Translations under genes and position numbers: made by a program | From: Oscillospiraceae bacterium | GTDB lineage: Bacteria > Bacillota > Clostridia > Oscillospirales > Ruminococcaceae | Assembly (NCBI GenBank): GCA_016302225.1 | Contig: JAEDOB010000001.1 | Location: 1 to 36,129 of the forward strand | Length of the DNA stretch: 36,129 bases | Reading direction: 5' to 3' | Shown here: positions 6,899 to 19,960 of the stretch, piece after piece | Layout: every line of letters starts with the position of its first letter | Position numbering within the stretch: the stretch's first letter is position 1 | The notes under the pieces: generated by a model | Databases searched by the model: none | Told to the model about the DNA's origin: nothing | What the model saw: only the letters and a program-made list of their open reading frames with translations

Positions 6899-9697
6899 AT
6901 GCCACAGGATTATAACAAGACTATCAATCTTCCCGAAACAGGCTTTTCTATGAGAGGAAATCTCACTCAGAAGGAGCCTGCTATGCTCGAAGAGTGGGAA
7001 AAAAGCCGCCTGTACTATAAAATGATAGAAAAGAATGCGGGTAAGCCGCAGTACATTCTGCATGACGGACCTCCGTATGCAAACGGCAGCATTCATCTGG
7101 GAACCGCACTTAACAAGGTATTGAAGGACATTATCGTTAAGTATAAGAATATGAGCGGATATTGCTCGCCTTACGTTCCCGGCTGGGACACACACGGTCT
7201 GCCTATTGAGCTGAAGGCAATGAAGGCTATCGGCGTTGAGAATGGCGCAATTCCTCCCGTTGAGCTGAGAAAGCATTGCAAGGACTTTGCCATGACTCAT
7301 GTTAAGAATCAGATGCAGCAGTTCAAGCGTCTGGGCTGTCTTGGTGATTATGATAATCCGTATCTGACACTCCGTCCCGAATACGAGGCTCGTCAGGTCA
7401 AGGTATTCGGAAAAATGGCTAAGGACGGTTATATGTACAAGGGACTCAAGCCTGTTTATTGGTGTCCCGACTGTAACACCGCTCTGGCTGAGGCTGAGAT
7501 CGAGTATTCCAACGATCCCTGCCACTCTATCTTTGTAAAATTCAATGTTACCGATGATAAGGGCGTATTTGCTTCAACAGGTGTTGATCTCTCAAAGGTT
7601 TACTTTGTTATCTGGACAACTACCACTTGGACTATCCCCGGTAACCTCGCTATCTGCGTTGGCCCCGATTACGAATATACTCTCGTCAGCGCAAACGGCG
7701 AATACTATGTAATGGCTGCTGAGCTCGTTTCCTCCGTTATGAAAACAGCAGGCATTGAAGAATATGAAACTATCGGCTGCTTCAAGGGAAGCGACCTTGA
7801 ATACATTCAGACAAAGCACCCGCTTTACGATCGTCCTTCGCCTGTTATTGTCGGCGACCATGTTACTCTCGAAAGCGGTACAGGTTGCGTTCATACTGCT
7901 CCCGGTTACGGTGTCGAGGACTTTGAGGTCTGCAAGAAGTACGATGATATAGGAATCATTGTCTGCGTTGACTCAAAGGGCAGACAGACCGCCGAAGCAG
8001 GCGAGTTTGAGGGTATGGACACCGATACTGCAAACAAGGCTATTGCTAAGCGTCTTGTTGAAGTAAATGCTATGCTGGCTACCGAAAAGATCGTCCATCA
8101 GTATCCTCACTGCTGGCGCTGCAACAGTCCTATCATTTACCGTGCTACCGAGCAGTGGTTCTGTTCTGTTAAGGGCTTCAAGGACGAGGCTGTAAAGGCT
8201 ATCGAATCCGTTCAGTGGATTCCTTCCTGGGGCGAGGACAGGATCAAGGGCATGGTCAAGGACAGAAGCGACTGGTGTATCTCCAGACAGAGAACATGGG
8301 GCGTTCCTATCCCTGTTATCTACTGTAAGGATTGCCACAAGCCTATCATTACCGATGAAACTATCGATGCTATCTCCGACCTCTTCCGTGAAAAGGGTTC
8401 CGATGCGTGGTACACAGACGAGCTGGAAAGCTTTATCCCCAAGAGCGTAAAGTGCGAGTGCGGCTGTTCCGAGTTCACCAAGGAATACGACATTATGGAC
8501 GTTTGGTTCGACAGCGGCGTTTCTCACACCTCCGTTCTTGATGAATATGATTACCTGAGAGCACCTGCCGACCTTTATCTTGAGGGTGCCGATCAGTACA
8601 GAGGCTGGTTCCAGTCCTCGCTGCTGACTTCCGTTGTTTACAAGGGCTGCGCTCCTTACAAGGCTGTCTGCACTCACGGCTGGGTAGTTGACGGTCAGGG
8701 CAGGGCAATGCACAAATCTCTCGGAAACGGCATTGAACCTCACGAGATCTATGATAAGTACGGTGCGGATATTCTCAGACTTTGGGCAGCGTCCTCCGAC
8801 TATCATTCCGATATAAGAATTTCCAACGAGATACTTGCACAGCTTTCCGATATGTACAAGAAGATCAGAAATACCGCAAGATTTATGCTCGGAAATCTCT
8901 CCAACAAGGAGGGCTTCAACCCCGATACCGACAGCGTTCCCGTTAGCGAAATGCACGAGATCGACAAGTGGGCACTGCTCCGTCTTAATCAGCTTATCGA
9001 CAAGGTAAAGGCTGCTTATGATGCGTTTGATTTCCATATCGTGCTTCACAGCATTCACAATTTCTGCATTGTGGATATGTCCAGCTTCTATCTTGATATT
9101 ATCAAGGACAGACTTTACTGCACAGCCGAAAAGTCTAAGGACCGCCGTGCTGCTCAGACTGCTATGTACACTATCCTCAGCGCAGTTGCAAGAATGCTTG
9201 CACCTATTCTTGCATTCACTTCCGAGGAAATTTGGAAATATATGCCTCATTCCGCAGTTGATGATAAGGAAAGCATTCTGCTCAATCAGATGCCCGAAAA
9301 GGTAGAGGTTTCCGTAACAGATGAGTTTACCGCTAAGTGGGAGCTTATCTATTCTCTCAGAGCAAGCGTCACAAAGGCTCTTGAGCTCAAGCGTGCAGAC
9401 AAGTTCATCGGTGCTTCTCTTGAAGCGAAGGTAACTCTGCACATTGCCGACAAGGCTGTATTTGACAAGATCAGCAGCTTTGCGGATATTCTTCCCGCTG
9501 TATTCATTGTTTCTGCGGTTGATGTCCGGAACAATGCTGACGGCGAGTTCAAGGCAGAGGGCATTGAGGGAGATGTTTCCTTCAGCGTTGAAAAGGCTTC
9601 GGGTGGAAAGTGCGAGCGCTGCTGGTGCTATTCCGAGGAGGTCGGAACTGTTTCCGAACACCCCACTCTCTGTAAGCGCTGTGCTTCTCAGATCTAA
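6899..9697 (+). CDS. ileS: Isoleucine--tRNA ligase
   Basis: 932 aa. HIGH-region PPYANGSIHLGT, editing-domain length, WCISRQRTWG, and a C-terminal zinc ribbon CERCWC...CKRC. The KMSKS position reads AMHKS. SD aaggag. Confidence 0.97.
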   Translation: MPQDYNKTINLPETGFSMRGNLTQKEPAMLEEWEKSRLYYKMIEKNAGKPQYILHDGPPYANGSIHLGTALNKVLKDIIVKYKNMSGYCSPYVPGWDTHGLPIELKAMKAIGVENGAIPPVELRKHCKDFAMTHVKNQMQQFKRLGCLGDYDNPYLTLRPEYEARQVKVFGKMAKDGYMYKGLKPVYWCPDCNTALAEAEIEYSNDPCHSIFVKFNVTDDKGVFASTGVDLSKVYFVIWTTTTWTIPGNLAICVGPDYEYTLVSANGEYYVMAAELVSSVMKTAGIEEYETIGCFKGSDLEYIQTKHPLYDRPSPVIVGDHVTLESGTGCVHTAPGYGVEDFEVCKKYDDIGIIVCVDSKGRQTAEAGEFEGMDTDTANKAIAKRLVEVNAMLATEKIVHQYPHCWRCNSPIIYRATEQWFCSVKGFKDEAVKAIESVQWIPSWGEDRIKGMVKDRSDWCISRQRTWGVPIPVIYCKDCHKPIITDETIDAISDLFREKGSDAWYTDELESFIPKSVKCECGCSEFTKEYDIMDVWFDSGVSHTSVLDEYDYLRAPADLYLEGADQYRGWFQSSLLTSVVYKGCAPYKAVCTHGWVVDGQGRAMHKSLGNGIEPHEIYDKYGADILRLWAASSDYHSDIRISNEILAQLSDMYKKIRNTARFMLGNLSNKEGFNPDTDSVPVSEMHEIDKWALLRLNQLIDKVKAAYDAFDFHIVLHSIHNFCIVDMSSFYLDIIKDRLYCTAEKSKDRRAAQTAMYTILSAVARMLAPILAFTSEEIWKYMPHSAVDDKESILLNQMPEKVEVSVTDEFTAKWELIYSLRASVTKALELKRADKFIGASLEAKVTLHIADKAVFDKISSFADILPAVFIVSAVDVRNNADGEFKAEGIEGDVSFSVEKASGGKCERCWCYSEEVGTVSEHPTLCKRCASQI

Positions 9698-9708
9698 AAA
9701 AGTTTTCA

Positions 9709-9740
9709 GCCGCCGGATCCGAAAGGCTTCGGCGGTTTTA
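9709..9740 (+). terminator. Probable weak or partial intrinsic terminator between ileS and lspA
   Basis: ccgccg (9710-9715) pairs with cggcgg (9730-9735), extendable by G-U/A-U pairs, followed by TTTT (9736-9739). The lspA SD/ATG follows immediately, so readthrough is likely. Confidence 0.45.
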
Positions 9741-9750
9741 AAGGATTTTT

Positions 9751-10257
9751 ATGGTTTTTGTGATTATATTTGCAATCGTTATTCTTGTCGGTGTCGATCA
9801 ATGGTTTAAGCATTTAGCGGTTGTATATTTGAGCGACGGAGTTCCGAAGGATCTTATCAAATTCGGGGATTTCGACGTTCTTGGTTTGCTCTACTGCGAG
9901 AATACGGGTGCTGCATTTTCCAGCTTTAGCGGACAGCGATGGCTTCTTATCGGAGTTACGGCGATTATGCTTATCCTCAGTGCATTTTATCTTTTTAAGA
10001 TGAAGGACAGGCACCCGATGGCTGTAACAAGTTTCACCATGTTTATTTCAGGCGGTATCGGCAATCTTATTGACCGAATCGCCAATGGCTATGTTGTGGA
10101 TTATTTGGAAGTCAGAATGTTCAACTTTGCTATTTTCAATTTTGCGGATATTCTTGTTGTCTGCGGCGTTATAATGTACATTGTCTATCTGCTTTTTATC
10201 GAGGGCAGAAAGAGTGATAAAACAGAAAACGGGAGTGCCGAAGATGGAGCTTCTTGA
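9751..10257 (+). CDS. lspA: Lipoprotein signal peptidase (signal peptidase II)
   Basis: 168 aa, multi-TM, with NTGAAFS and FNFADI motifs. The ileS-lspA-rluD order is conserved. Confidence 0.92.
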   Translation: MVFVIIFAIVILVGVDQWFKHLAVVYLSDGVPKDLIKFGDFDVLGLLYCENTGAAFSSFSGQRWLLIGVTAIMLILSAFYLFKMKDRHPMAVTSFTMFISGGIGNLIDRIANGYVVDYLEVRMFNFAIFNFADILVVCGVIMYIVYLLFIEGRKSDKTENGSAEDGAS

Positions 10258-11164
10258 GTTTATCGCCGAGGATATTGAAACGACAGAACGCCTTGATAAA
10301 TGGCTTTGTTCCGAGAAATGCGGCAGCGGTCTGACACGTTCGGCGTTGCAGAAGCTAATAAAGGACGGTTCGGTTTCCGTCGGTGGAAAAACAGTAACAA
10401 AGAGCAGCTTTACTGTCAAAAACGGTGATGTTGTTTCGGTAAATGTTCCCGAACCCGAGCTGCTGGACGTATCGCCCGAAAATATTCCGCTGGAGATAGT
10501 TTACGAGGATAATGACCTGCTTGTTGTCAACAAGCCAAAGGGAATGGTCGTTCACCCTGCTCCGGGAAATTACAGCGGAACGCTTGTGAATGCACTTATG
10601 TACCATTGCAGCGGACGGCTTTCCTCAATAAACGGTGTTATCCGCCCCGGAATTGTCCACAGGATAGACAAGCTTACAAGCGGGCTGCTGATAGTTGCGA
10701 AAACCGATGCGGCTCACGTTGGACTTGCCGAGCAGATAAAAAATCACACATTTACAAGAGAATATCAGGCTGTTATCTGCGGACATCTGAAAGAGCCGCA
10801 GGGGACGCTTGATTATCCCATAGGACGCCATCAGATTGACAGAAAGAAAATGTGCGTTACCGAAAAAAACTCCAAAAGAGCAGTTACGCACTATACGGTT
10901 CTTGAAGAATTCAAGGGATATTCGCTTGTTTCACTAAAGCTTGAAACGGGGAGAACTCATCAGATACGAGTTCATATGTCATATATCGGTCACCCTGTTC
11001 TGGGAGATGAGGTGTACGGCAGACCGTACAAGGGTATTGAGGGACAATGTTTGCATGCCAAGAAAATAGGCTTTGTTCACCCAATAAGCGGCGAATATCT
11101 TGAATTTGACAGCGAGCTTCCCGATTACTTCAAAAAAATACTCTCAGGTTTAAGGAATTTATAA
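10244..11164 (+). CDS. rluD: 23S rRNA pseudouridine synthase, RluA/RluD family
   Basis: ATG 10244 (MELLEFIAED...) overlaps the lspA end by 14 nt. N-terminal S4 domain, catalytic HRIDKLTSGLL, GRTHQIRVH. Confidence 0.9.
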   Translation: MELLEFIAEDIETTERLDKWLCSEKCGSGLTRSALQKLIKDGSVSVGGKTVTKSSFTVKNGDVVSVNVPEPELLDVSPENIPLEIVYEDNDLLVVNKPKGMVVHPAPGNYSGTLVNALMYHCSGRLSSINGVIRPGIVHRIDKLTSGLLIVAKTDAAHVGLAEQIKNHTFTREYQAVICGHLKEPQGTLDYPIGRHQIDRKKMCVTEKNSKRAVTHYTVLEEFKGYSLVSLKLETGRTHQIRVHMSYIGHPVLGDEVYGRPYKGIEGQCLHAKKIGFVHPISGEYLEFDSELPDYFKKILSGLRNL

Positions 11165-11165
11165 T

Positions 11166-11990
11166 ATGAAAACAAATCTTGACGGCTATCTGCTTATTTC
11201 CGACCTAGACGGAACGCTGCTCCCCGCAAGCAAGATACTGTCCGAGAAGGACATTTCGGCGATAGCGAAATTCCGCAGTATGGGCGGAAAATTTTCCATT
11301 GCAACGGGACGTGTCTACGAGTCCGCAAGGCAGTATTTCGCCGATCTTCACCCCGACCTGCCCATAATTCTCTGCAACGGCGGTGTTATCTACGACTGCG
11401 ATAAAAAGACGGTCTTATGGTCAAAAAAGCTTCCGCCCGAAACTAGGCAGATCGTTGCGGAAATACTTGAAGCATTTCCCGAAGTAAGTGCCGAAATTGA
11501 TATGGAAAATGCCATATACGCCATTGGCGAAAATGAGCAGGAACGTTATCATATGAGAATTTCCGGGACCGAGGATATTGTTATACACGCACAGCTTTCG
11601 GATATTCCCGACGGCTGGTTCAAGGTGCTTTTTGCAATGCCCGAGGAGTTTATTCCGAAGGTCGCTGATTTTGTCGCTTCAAAGAAATATTCGGGTGTTG
11701 ATTTCGTTGTTTCAAGCAAAACTTTTTATGAAATTTTGCCGACTGATATTTCGAAAGGCACAGCACTCAAAAAGCTTCGCAGCGACTACGGCTTTGATAA
11801 GTACAAAATCGCTGCTGCGGGTGATTACGACAATGACCTAACAATGATAGAAGCAGCTGATTTGGGTGCTTGCCCGTCAAGTGCACAGGATATTGTAAAG
11901 ATCTACTCAGATGTGGTGTTAAGAAGCTCCTGCGAGGAAAATGCCATTGCAGAGCTTGTTGAATACATAATCAATAATGATAATTTTTAA
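11166..11990 (+). CDS. Cof-type HAD-IIB family hydrolase
   Basis: Motif I ISDLDGTLL, a cap-domain-length insert, and motif IV GDYDNDLTM. Confidence 0.85.
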   Translation: MKTNLDGYLLISDLDGTLLPASKILSEKDISAIAKFRSMGGKFSIATGRVYESARQYFADLHPDLPIILCNGGVIYDCDKKTVLWSKKLPPETRQIVAEILEAFPEVSAEIDMENAIYAIGENEQERYHMRISGTEDIVIHAQLSDIPDGWFKVLFAMPEEFIPKVADFVASKKYSGVDFVVSSKTFYEILPTDISKGTALKKLRSDYGFDKYKIAAAGDYDNDLTMIEAADLGACPSSAQDIVKIYSDVVLRSSCEENAIAELVEYIINNDNF

Positions 11991-12004
11991 TCGGAGGTAA
12001 AAAT

Positions 12005-12847
12005 ATGGACGCTACGATCAGAAAACAGCTTGAGGCTACTGCCTGCAAGGTAAGAATGGGTGTTATTGAAGGCGTTTTCAATGCCAAATCGGGTCACCCC
12101 GGCGGTTCGCTTTCTATTTGCGACCTGCTGACGTATTTGTATTTTGCAAAGCTTAATGTAGACCCTAAAAACCCCAAAATGCCCGAAAGAGATAGGCTTG
12201 TTCTTTCTAAAGGACACTGCGCTCCCGCACTTTATTCCGTACTTGCGGAAAGAGGATTCTTCGATAAGTCCGAGCTTAAATCTCTCAGACACATCGGTGC
12301 TATGCTCCAGGGTCACCCCGATATGAAGGGTACTCCCGGTGTTGATATGTCCACAGGTTCTCTCGGACAGGGAATTTCTGCTGCTTGTGGTATGGCTCTT
12401 TCAGGCAAGATCTCCAATGAAAGCTACAAGGTTTATGCTGTTCTCGGTGACGGCGAGATCGAAGAAGGTCAGGTTTGGGAGGCTGCAATGTTTGCCGCTC
12501 ATAACAAGCTGGACAATCTGGTTGCCATCGTTGACAACAACGGTCTGCAGATCGACGGAAAGATCACAGATGTATGTTCTCCCATGCCTATCACCGACAA
12601 GTTTGAAGCATTCGGCTGGCATGTTATCACGATGAATGCTCACGATTTCGATGACATTGAAAGAGCATTTGATGAAGCAGAAAAGATAAACGGCAAGCCT
12701 GTTGCTATTATCCAGACAAGTACAAAGGGCAAGGGCGTTTCCTTTATGGAAAATCAGGTAGGTTGGCACGGTACTGCTCCCAATGCCGAGCAGTATGAGC
12801 AGGCTATGAAGGAACTTAACGAAACACTGAAAGGCTTGGAGGGTTAA
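12005..12847 (+). CDS. Transketolase, N-terminal (ThDP-binding) subunit
   Basis: GHPGGSLS, GDGEIEEGQVWEA, VDNNGLQIDG. This is the split-transketolase arrangement with the next CDS. Confidence 0.93.
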   Translation: MDATIRKQLEATACKVRMGVIEGVFNAKSGHPGGSLSICDLLTYLYFAKLNVDPKNPKMPERDRLVLSKGHCAPALYSVLAERGFFDKSELKSLRHIGAMLQGHPDMKGTPGVDMSTGSLGQGISAACGMALSGKISNESYKVYAVLGDGEIEEGQVWEAAMFAAHNKLDNLVAIVDNNGLQIDGKITDVCSPMPITDKFEAFGWHVITMNAHDFDDIERAFDEAEKINGKPVAIIQTSTKGKGVSFMENQVGWHGTAPNAEQYEQAMKELNETLKGLEG

Positions 12848-12852
12848 TCAAT

Positions 12853-13803
12853 ATGGCTGATGTAATTAAAAAGGCTACCAGAGAAAGCTACGGCGAGGCT
12901 CTTGCTGAGCTTTCCGAGAAATATTCCGATCTTATCGTTCTTGATGCAGACCTTGCTGCTGCAACAAAGACAGGCATTTTCAAGAAGGCTTGCCCCGAGC
13001 GTTTCTTTGACTGCGGTATCGCAGAAGCAAACATGATGGGCATTGCGGCAGGTATTGCTTCCACAGGCAAGAAGGTTTTCGCAAGCTCCTTCGCTATGTT
13101 TGCTGCAGGCAGAGCTTTTGAGATAGTAAGAAACTCTATCGGCTATCCTCATCTTAATGTAAAGATTGGTGCTACTCATGCAGGTATTTCCGTTGGTGAG
13201 GACGGTGCTACTCATCAGTGCAACGAGGATATTGCTCTTATGAGAACTATTCCCGGTATGACAGTTATTTGTCCCGCAGATGACGTTGAAGCAAAGGCTG
13301 CTGTTGCTGCGGCTCTGGAATTTAACGGTCCTGTTTATATGCGCTTCGGACGTCTGGCTGTTCCTGTTTTCAATGACAAGGATACCTACAAGTTTGAGCT
13401 TGGCAAGGGCGTTCAGCTTAAAGACGGCAATGATGTTACCATTATCGCAACAGGTCTTATGGTAAATGAAGCTATGATCGCTGCAGATATGCTTGCGGCT
13501 GACGGCATCAATGCAAGAGTTATCAACATTCACACCATCAAGCCCCTTGACAAGGAGATCGTTTGCAAGGCTGCAAGAGAAACAGGCGTTATCGTTACTG
13601 CCGAGGAACACAGTGTTATCGGCGGACTTGGTTCTGCTGTTGCCGATGCGGTCACAGAGTGCTGCCCCGTTCCCGTTATCAAGGTCGGAGTAAACGATGT
13701 ATTCGGCCATTCGGGACCTGCTGCTCAGCTTCTTAAGGAATTCGGTCTTTCCGCTGAGAATATTGCAGAGAAGGCAAAGGCTGCTGTTGCGCTTAAAAAA
13801 TAA
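12853..13803 (+). CDS. Transketolase, C-terminal (pyrimidine-binding) subunit
   Basis: FFDCGIAEANMMGIAAG, THAGISVGEDGATHQ, and a C-terminal transketolase domain. Confidence 0.93.
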   Translation: MADVIKKATRESYGEALAELSEKYSDLIVLDADLAAATKTGIFKKACPERFFDCGIAEANMMGIAAGIASTGKKVFASSFAMFAAGRAFEIVRNSIGYPHLNVKIGATHAGISVGEDGATHQCNEDIALMRTIPGMTVICPADDVEAKAAVAAALEFNGPVYMRFGRLAVPVFNDKDTYKFELGKGVQLKDGNDVTIIATGLMVNEAMIAADMLAADGINARVINIHTIKPLDKEIVCKAARETGVIVTAEEHSVIGGLGSAVADAVTECCPVPVIKVGVNDVFGHSGPAAQLLKEFGLSAENIAEKAKAAVALKK

Positions 13804-13839
13804 TTACACAAAACTTTGCGTATCATAAACGCAGTTGAT

Positions 13840-16717
<2,878 letters not shown>

Positions 16718-16728
<11 letters not shown>

Positions 16729-16987
16729 TATAAAGCATATTGCAAAGCTTTCACGTCTGAGAATTGAGGACGACAAGATCGAGAAGTTTGAAAAGGATAT
16801 GCAGTCCATCGTAAATATGGTTGAGCAGCTGCCCGATATTGACGACACACTTACTCTCGATGTAAACAACGCAATGAAGCTCAGAGAGGACGTTGAAGTT
16901 ACCGACAAATACACAAGAGAGCAGCTTTTGAAGAATGCGCCTCAGGTGCAGGCAGGCTGTCTTGTTGTTCCCAAAATTGTGGATTAA
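16718..16987 (+). CDS. gatC: Asp/Glu-tRNA amidotransferase subunit C
   Basis: TTG 16718 with a gaaagga SD. 89 aa (IKHIAKLSRLRIEDDK ... LREDVE). Order gatC-gatA-gatB. Confidence 0.9.
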
Positions 16988-16990
16988 GGA

Positions 16991-18463
16991 GTGAATAATT
17001 TGGAACTTTACGAAAAATCAGCGTTTGAACTGTCCGAGATGCTCAAGGCAAAGGAGTGCAGTGCTGCTGAAATTACCGAATCCGTTTTCGGACGTATCGG
17101 CAAAACGGAAGCTTCCGTTGAAGCGTATGTGACCGTTTGCGAGGAGTCTGCCCGTGAACAGGCTAAAAAGGTCGATGAAATGATAGCCGAGGGAAAACAG
17201 CTTCACCCTCTGGCAGGTATTCCCATCGGAATTAAGGACAATATTTCCACAAAGGGAATACTTACGACCTGCTCATCAAAGATGCTTTATAACTATGTTC
17301 CGCCCTTCAATGCGACTGTTATTAACAAGGTAAATGACGCTGAAATGGTGATTACGGGTAAGCTTAATATGGACGAATTTGCTATGGGTTCTTCAACGGA
17401 AACGTCCTATTTTAAGAAAACCAAGAATCCCCACGACTTAACAAGAATTCCCGGAGGTTCTTCGGGCGGCTCGGCTGCTGCCGTTGCTTCAGGAGAGGCT
17501 ATTGTGGCTCTCGGTTCGGACACGGGCGGCTCTATCCGTCAGCCTTCCGCTTACTGCGGAGTTGTAGGTTTAAAGCCTACTTACGGCAGCGTTTCTCGTT
17601 ACGGACTTGTTGCGTTCGCTTCATCTCTTGACCAGATAGGTCCCATCGGACGCACTGTAAAGGACGTTGCAATGGTACAGTCGCTTATCTGCGGTCACGA
17701 CAAGATGGACGCTACATCTAAAGATATTGCACACCCCGATTATGCGGCAAATCTCAAAAATGACGTTAAGGGACTGAAAATCGGTATTCCCGATGAATAT
17801 TTCGGCGAAGGTATTGACGCAGAGGTCAAGGACGCTGTTATGGAGGCTGTTAAGCTTCTTGAAAAGAACGGCGCAGAGGTCAAGAAAATTTCTCTGCCCA
17901 GCACAGCTTATGCGCTTAACTCTTACTATATCCTTTCTTCCGCAGAAGCTTCGTCAAACCTTGCAAGATTTGACGGTGTAAGATACGGCTATCGAACAGA
18001 AAACTATGACAGCCTTATTGATATGTACGAAAAGACCAGAAGCGAAGGCTTCGGCGACGAGGTCAAGCGGAGAATTATGCTCGGTACATTCGTGCTCAGC
18101 AGCGGCTTCTACGATGCTTATTATAAGAAGGCAAAGCTTATGCAGAAGAAGATCTCTGCCGAGTTCTCCGAAGCGTTTGCCGATGTTGACGTTATTGCAA
18201 CGCCTACCGTTCCTTCCGGCGCATTCAAGATAGGCGAGAATATGGGTGATCCTCTGAAAATGTACGCTACCGACATCTGCACGGTTACCATAAATATTGC
18301 AGGTCTGCCCGCAATCAGCGTTCCCTGCGGAAAGACTGCAAACGGTATGCCTATCGGTATGCAGCTTATCGGCGGACATTTCAGAGAGCAGACCTTGCTT
18401 GATGCCGCAAACGCTTACGAAAGCCTTGTAGGCGGTTTCGGAAATATCCCGAAAATTGTCTGA
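16991..18463 (+). CDS. gatA: Asp/Glu-tRNA amidotransferase subunit A
   Basis: GTG start. Amidase signature [12 protein letters not shown] ... [16 protein letters not shown]. Confidence 0.96.
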   Translation: MNNLELYEKSAFELSEMLKAKECSAAEITESVFGRIGKTEASVEAYVTVCEESAREQAKKVDEMIAEGKQLHPLAGIPIGIKDNISTKGILTTCSSKMLYNYVPPFNATVINKVNDAEMVITGKLNMDEFAMGSSTETSYFKKTKNPHDLTRIPGGSSGGSAAAVASGEAIVALGSDTGGSIRQPSAYCGVVGLKPTYGSVSRYGLVAFASSLDQIGPIGRTVKDVAMVQSLICGHDKMDATSKDIAHPDYAANLKNDVKGLKIGIPDEYFGEGIDAEVKDAVMEAVKLLEKNGAEVKKISLPSTAYALNSYYILSSAEASSNLARFDGVRYGYRTENYDSLIDMYEKTRSEGFGDEVKRRIMLGTFVLSSGFYDAYYKKAKLMQKKISAEFSEAFADVDVIATPTVPSGAFKIGENMGDPLKMYATDICTVTINIAGLPAISVPCGKTANGMPIGMQLIGGHFREQTLLDAANAYESLVGGFGNIPKIV

Positions 18464-18479
18464 AAGGAGCTGAAATATA

Positions 18480-19916
18480 ATGGATTATGAGATAGTAGTC
18501 GGACTTGAAGTCCATGCAGAGCTTAATACCCGCTCAAAGATATACTGCGACTGCAAAAACGCATTCGGTCTTGAGGTAAATACTCAGGTTTGCCCAATTT
18601 GCATGGGTATGCCCGGAACTCTGCCCACACTTAATGAAAAGGTCGTTGAGTATGCCATAAAGATGGGACACGCTCTCGGCTGTACAATAAACAACGTCTG
18701 CAAGCAGGACAGAAAGAATTATTTCTATCCCGACCTGCCGAAGGCTTATCAGATCTCTCAGGCGGAGGTTCCTCTTTGTCAGAACGGCAAGCTGGAGGTC
18801 ATGCTTGATGACGGTACTACTAAAACTATTGGCGTAACAAGAATTCATATTGAGGAGGACGCAGGAAAGCTTCTGCACGATGATTCCTTCTCAGGCTCTC
18901 TGGTAGACCTGAACCGCTGCGGCGTTCCTCTTATCGAGATAGTTTCCGAGCCCGATATGAGAAGCTCTGCCGAAGCAAAGGCTTACCTTGAAACCATCAA
19001 GTCTATTCTCCAGTATATCAACATCTCCGATTGTAAGATGCAGGAGGGTTCTATCCGCTGCGACGTAAACGTTTCTGTTCGTCCCAAGGGTTCGGACAAG
19101 TTCGGTACACGATGCGAAATGAAGAATGTAAACAGCTTCTCCGCTGCTGTAAGGGGTATTGAGTACGAAGCCAAGCGTCAGATAGAAATTCTCGAAAACG
19201 GCGGCACGGTTACTCAGGAAACACGCCGCTGGGACGATGTAAAGGGAATGAGCATTTCAATGCGTTCCAAGGAGGACGCACAGGATTACCGTTATTTCCC
19301 CGAGCCCGACCTGCTGACTATTGTTGTTGATGAAAAGAAGGTCGCTGAACTGAAGGATTCTCTGCCCGAGCTGCCTAATGCAAAGCTCAAGAGATATGTT
19401 CAGACAATGGGGCTTAGCCGTGTAGATGCTGCGCTTATCGTTGAAAACCTTGACCGTGCAGCTCTTATGGACGCTTGTGTTGCAATAGGAAAGGGCAGTC
19501 CCAAGAGCATTGCAAAGTGGATACTTGCGGACATTTCCAAGTATATGAACGATACGGGAAAGAGCATTCTCGACACTCCTCTTACCGCTGCAAGACTTTG
19601 TGACCTGGTTGCCGAAATAGAAAAGGGAACCATCTCCAATTCGGCAGGCAAGACCGTATTTGAAGCAATTATTGCAGAGGACAAGGAGGTTGCCGATATA
19701 ATCGCAGAAAAGGGACTTTCGCAGAATTCCGACACCTCCGCTCTGGAGGCTATTGCAAAGGAAGTTCTGGCTGCAAACGAGAAGTCTATCAACGACTATA
19801 AGAACGGCAAGACAAACGCTCTCGGCTATCTTGTAGGACAGTGCATGAAGGCTTCAAAGGGCAAGGCAAATCCCGGACTTATGAAGGAAATCGTTACTCG
19901 TCTTGTAAACGAATAA
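18480..19916 (+). CDS. gatB: Asp/Glu-tRNA amidotransferase subunit B
   Basis: 478 aa. VVGLEVHAEL, CPICMGMPGTLP, FPEPDL, and a C-terminal YqeY-like helical domain. Confidence 0.96.
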   Translation: MDYEIVVGLEVHAELNTRSKIYCDCKNAFGLEVNTQVCPICMGMPGTLPTLNEKVVEYAIKMGHALGCTINNVCKQDRKNYFYPDLPKAYQISQAEVPLCQNGKLEVMLDDGTTKTIGVTRIHIEEDAGKLLHDDSFSGSLVDLNRCGVPLIEIVSEPDMRSSAEAKAYLETIKSILQYINISDCKMQEGSIRCDVNVSVRPKGSDKFGTRCEMKNVNSFSAAVRGIEYEAKRQIEILENGGTVTQETRRWDDVKGMSISMRSKEDAQDYRYFPEPDLLTIVVDEKKVAELKDSLPELPNAKLKRYVQTMGLSRVDAALIVENLDRAALMDACVAIGKGSPKSIAKWILADISKYMNDTGKSILDTPLTAARLCDLVAEIEKGTISNSAGKTVFEAIIAEDKEVADIIAEKGLSQNSDTSALEAIAKEVLAANEKSINDYKNGKTNALGYLVGQCMKASKGKANPGLMKEIVTRLVNE

Positions 19917-19922
19917 AAAATG

Positions 19923-19960
19923 CCGTCACAGCTTTGAAATTGAAGCTGTGACGGTTTTTT
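19923..19960. terminator. Bidirectional intrinsic terminator between convergent gatB and the loader gene
   Basis: 12-bp perfect stem ccgtcacagctt (19923-19934) / aagctgtgacgg (19943-19954), an 8-nt loop, a T6 run at 19955-19960 and an A-run at 19915-19920 on the other side. Confidence 0.9.

Noticed and set aside
7973-9661. A 562-aa ORF antisense to ileS
   Set aside because: It is a shadow ORF. The plus strand encodes a complete IleS with all signature motifs, and the antisense product is low-complexity with no start context or recognisable motif.
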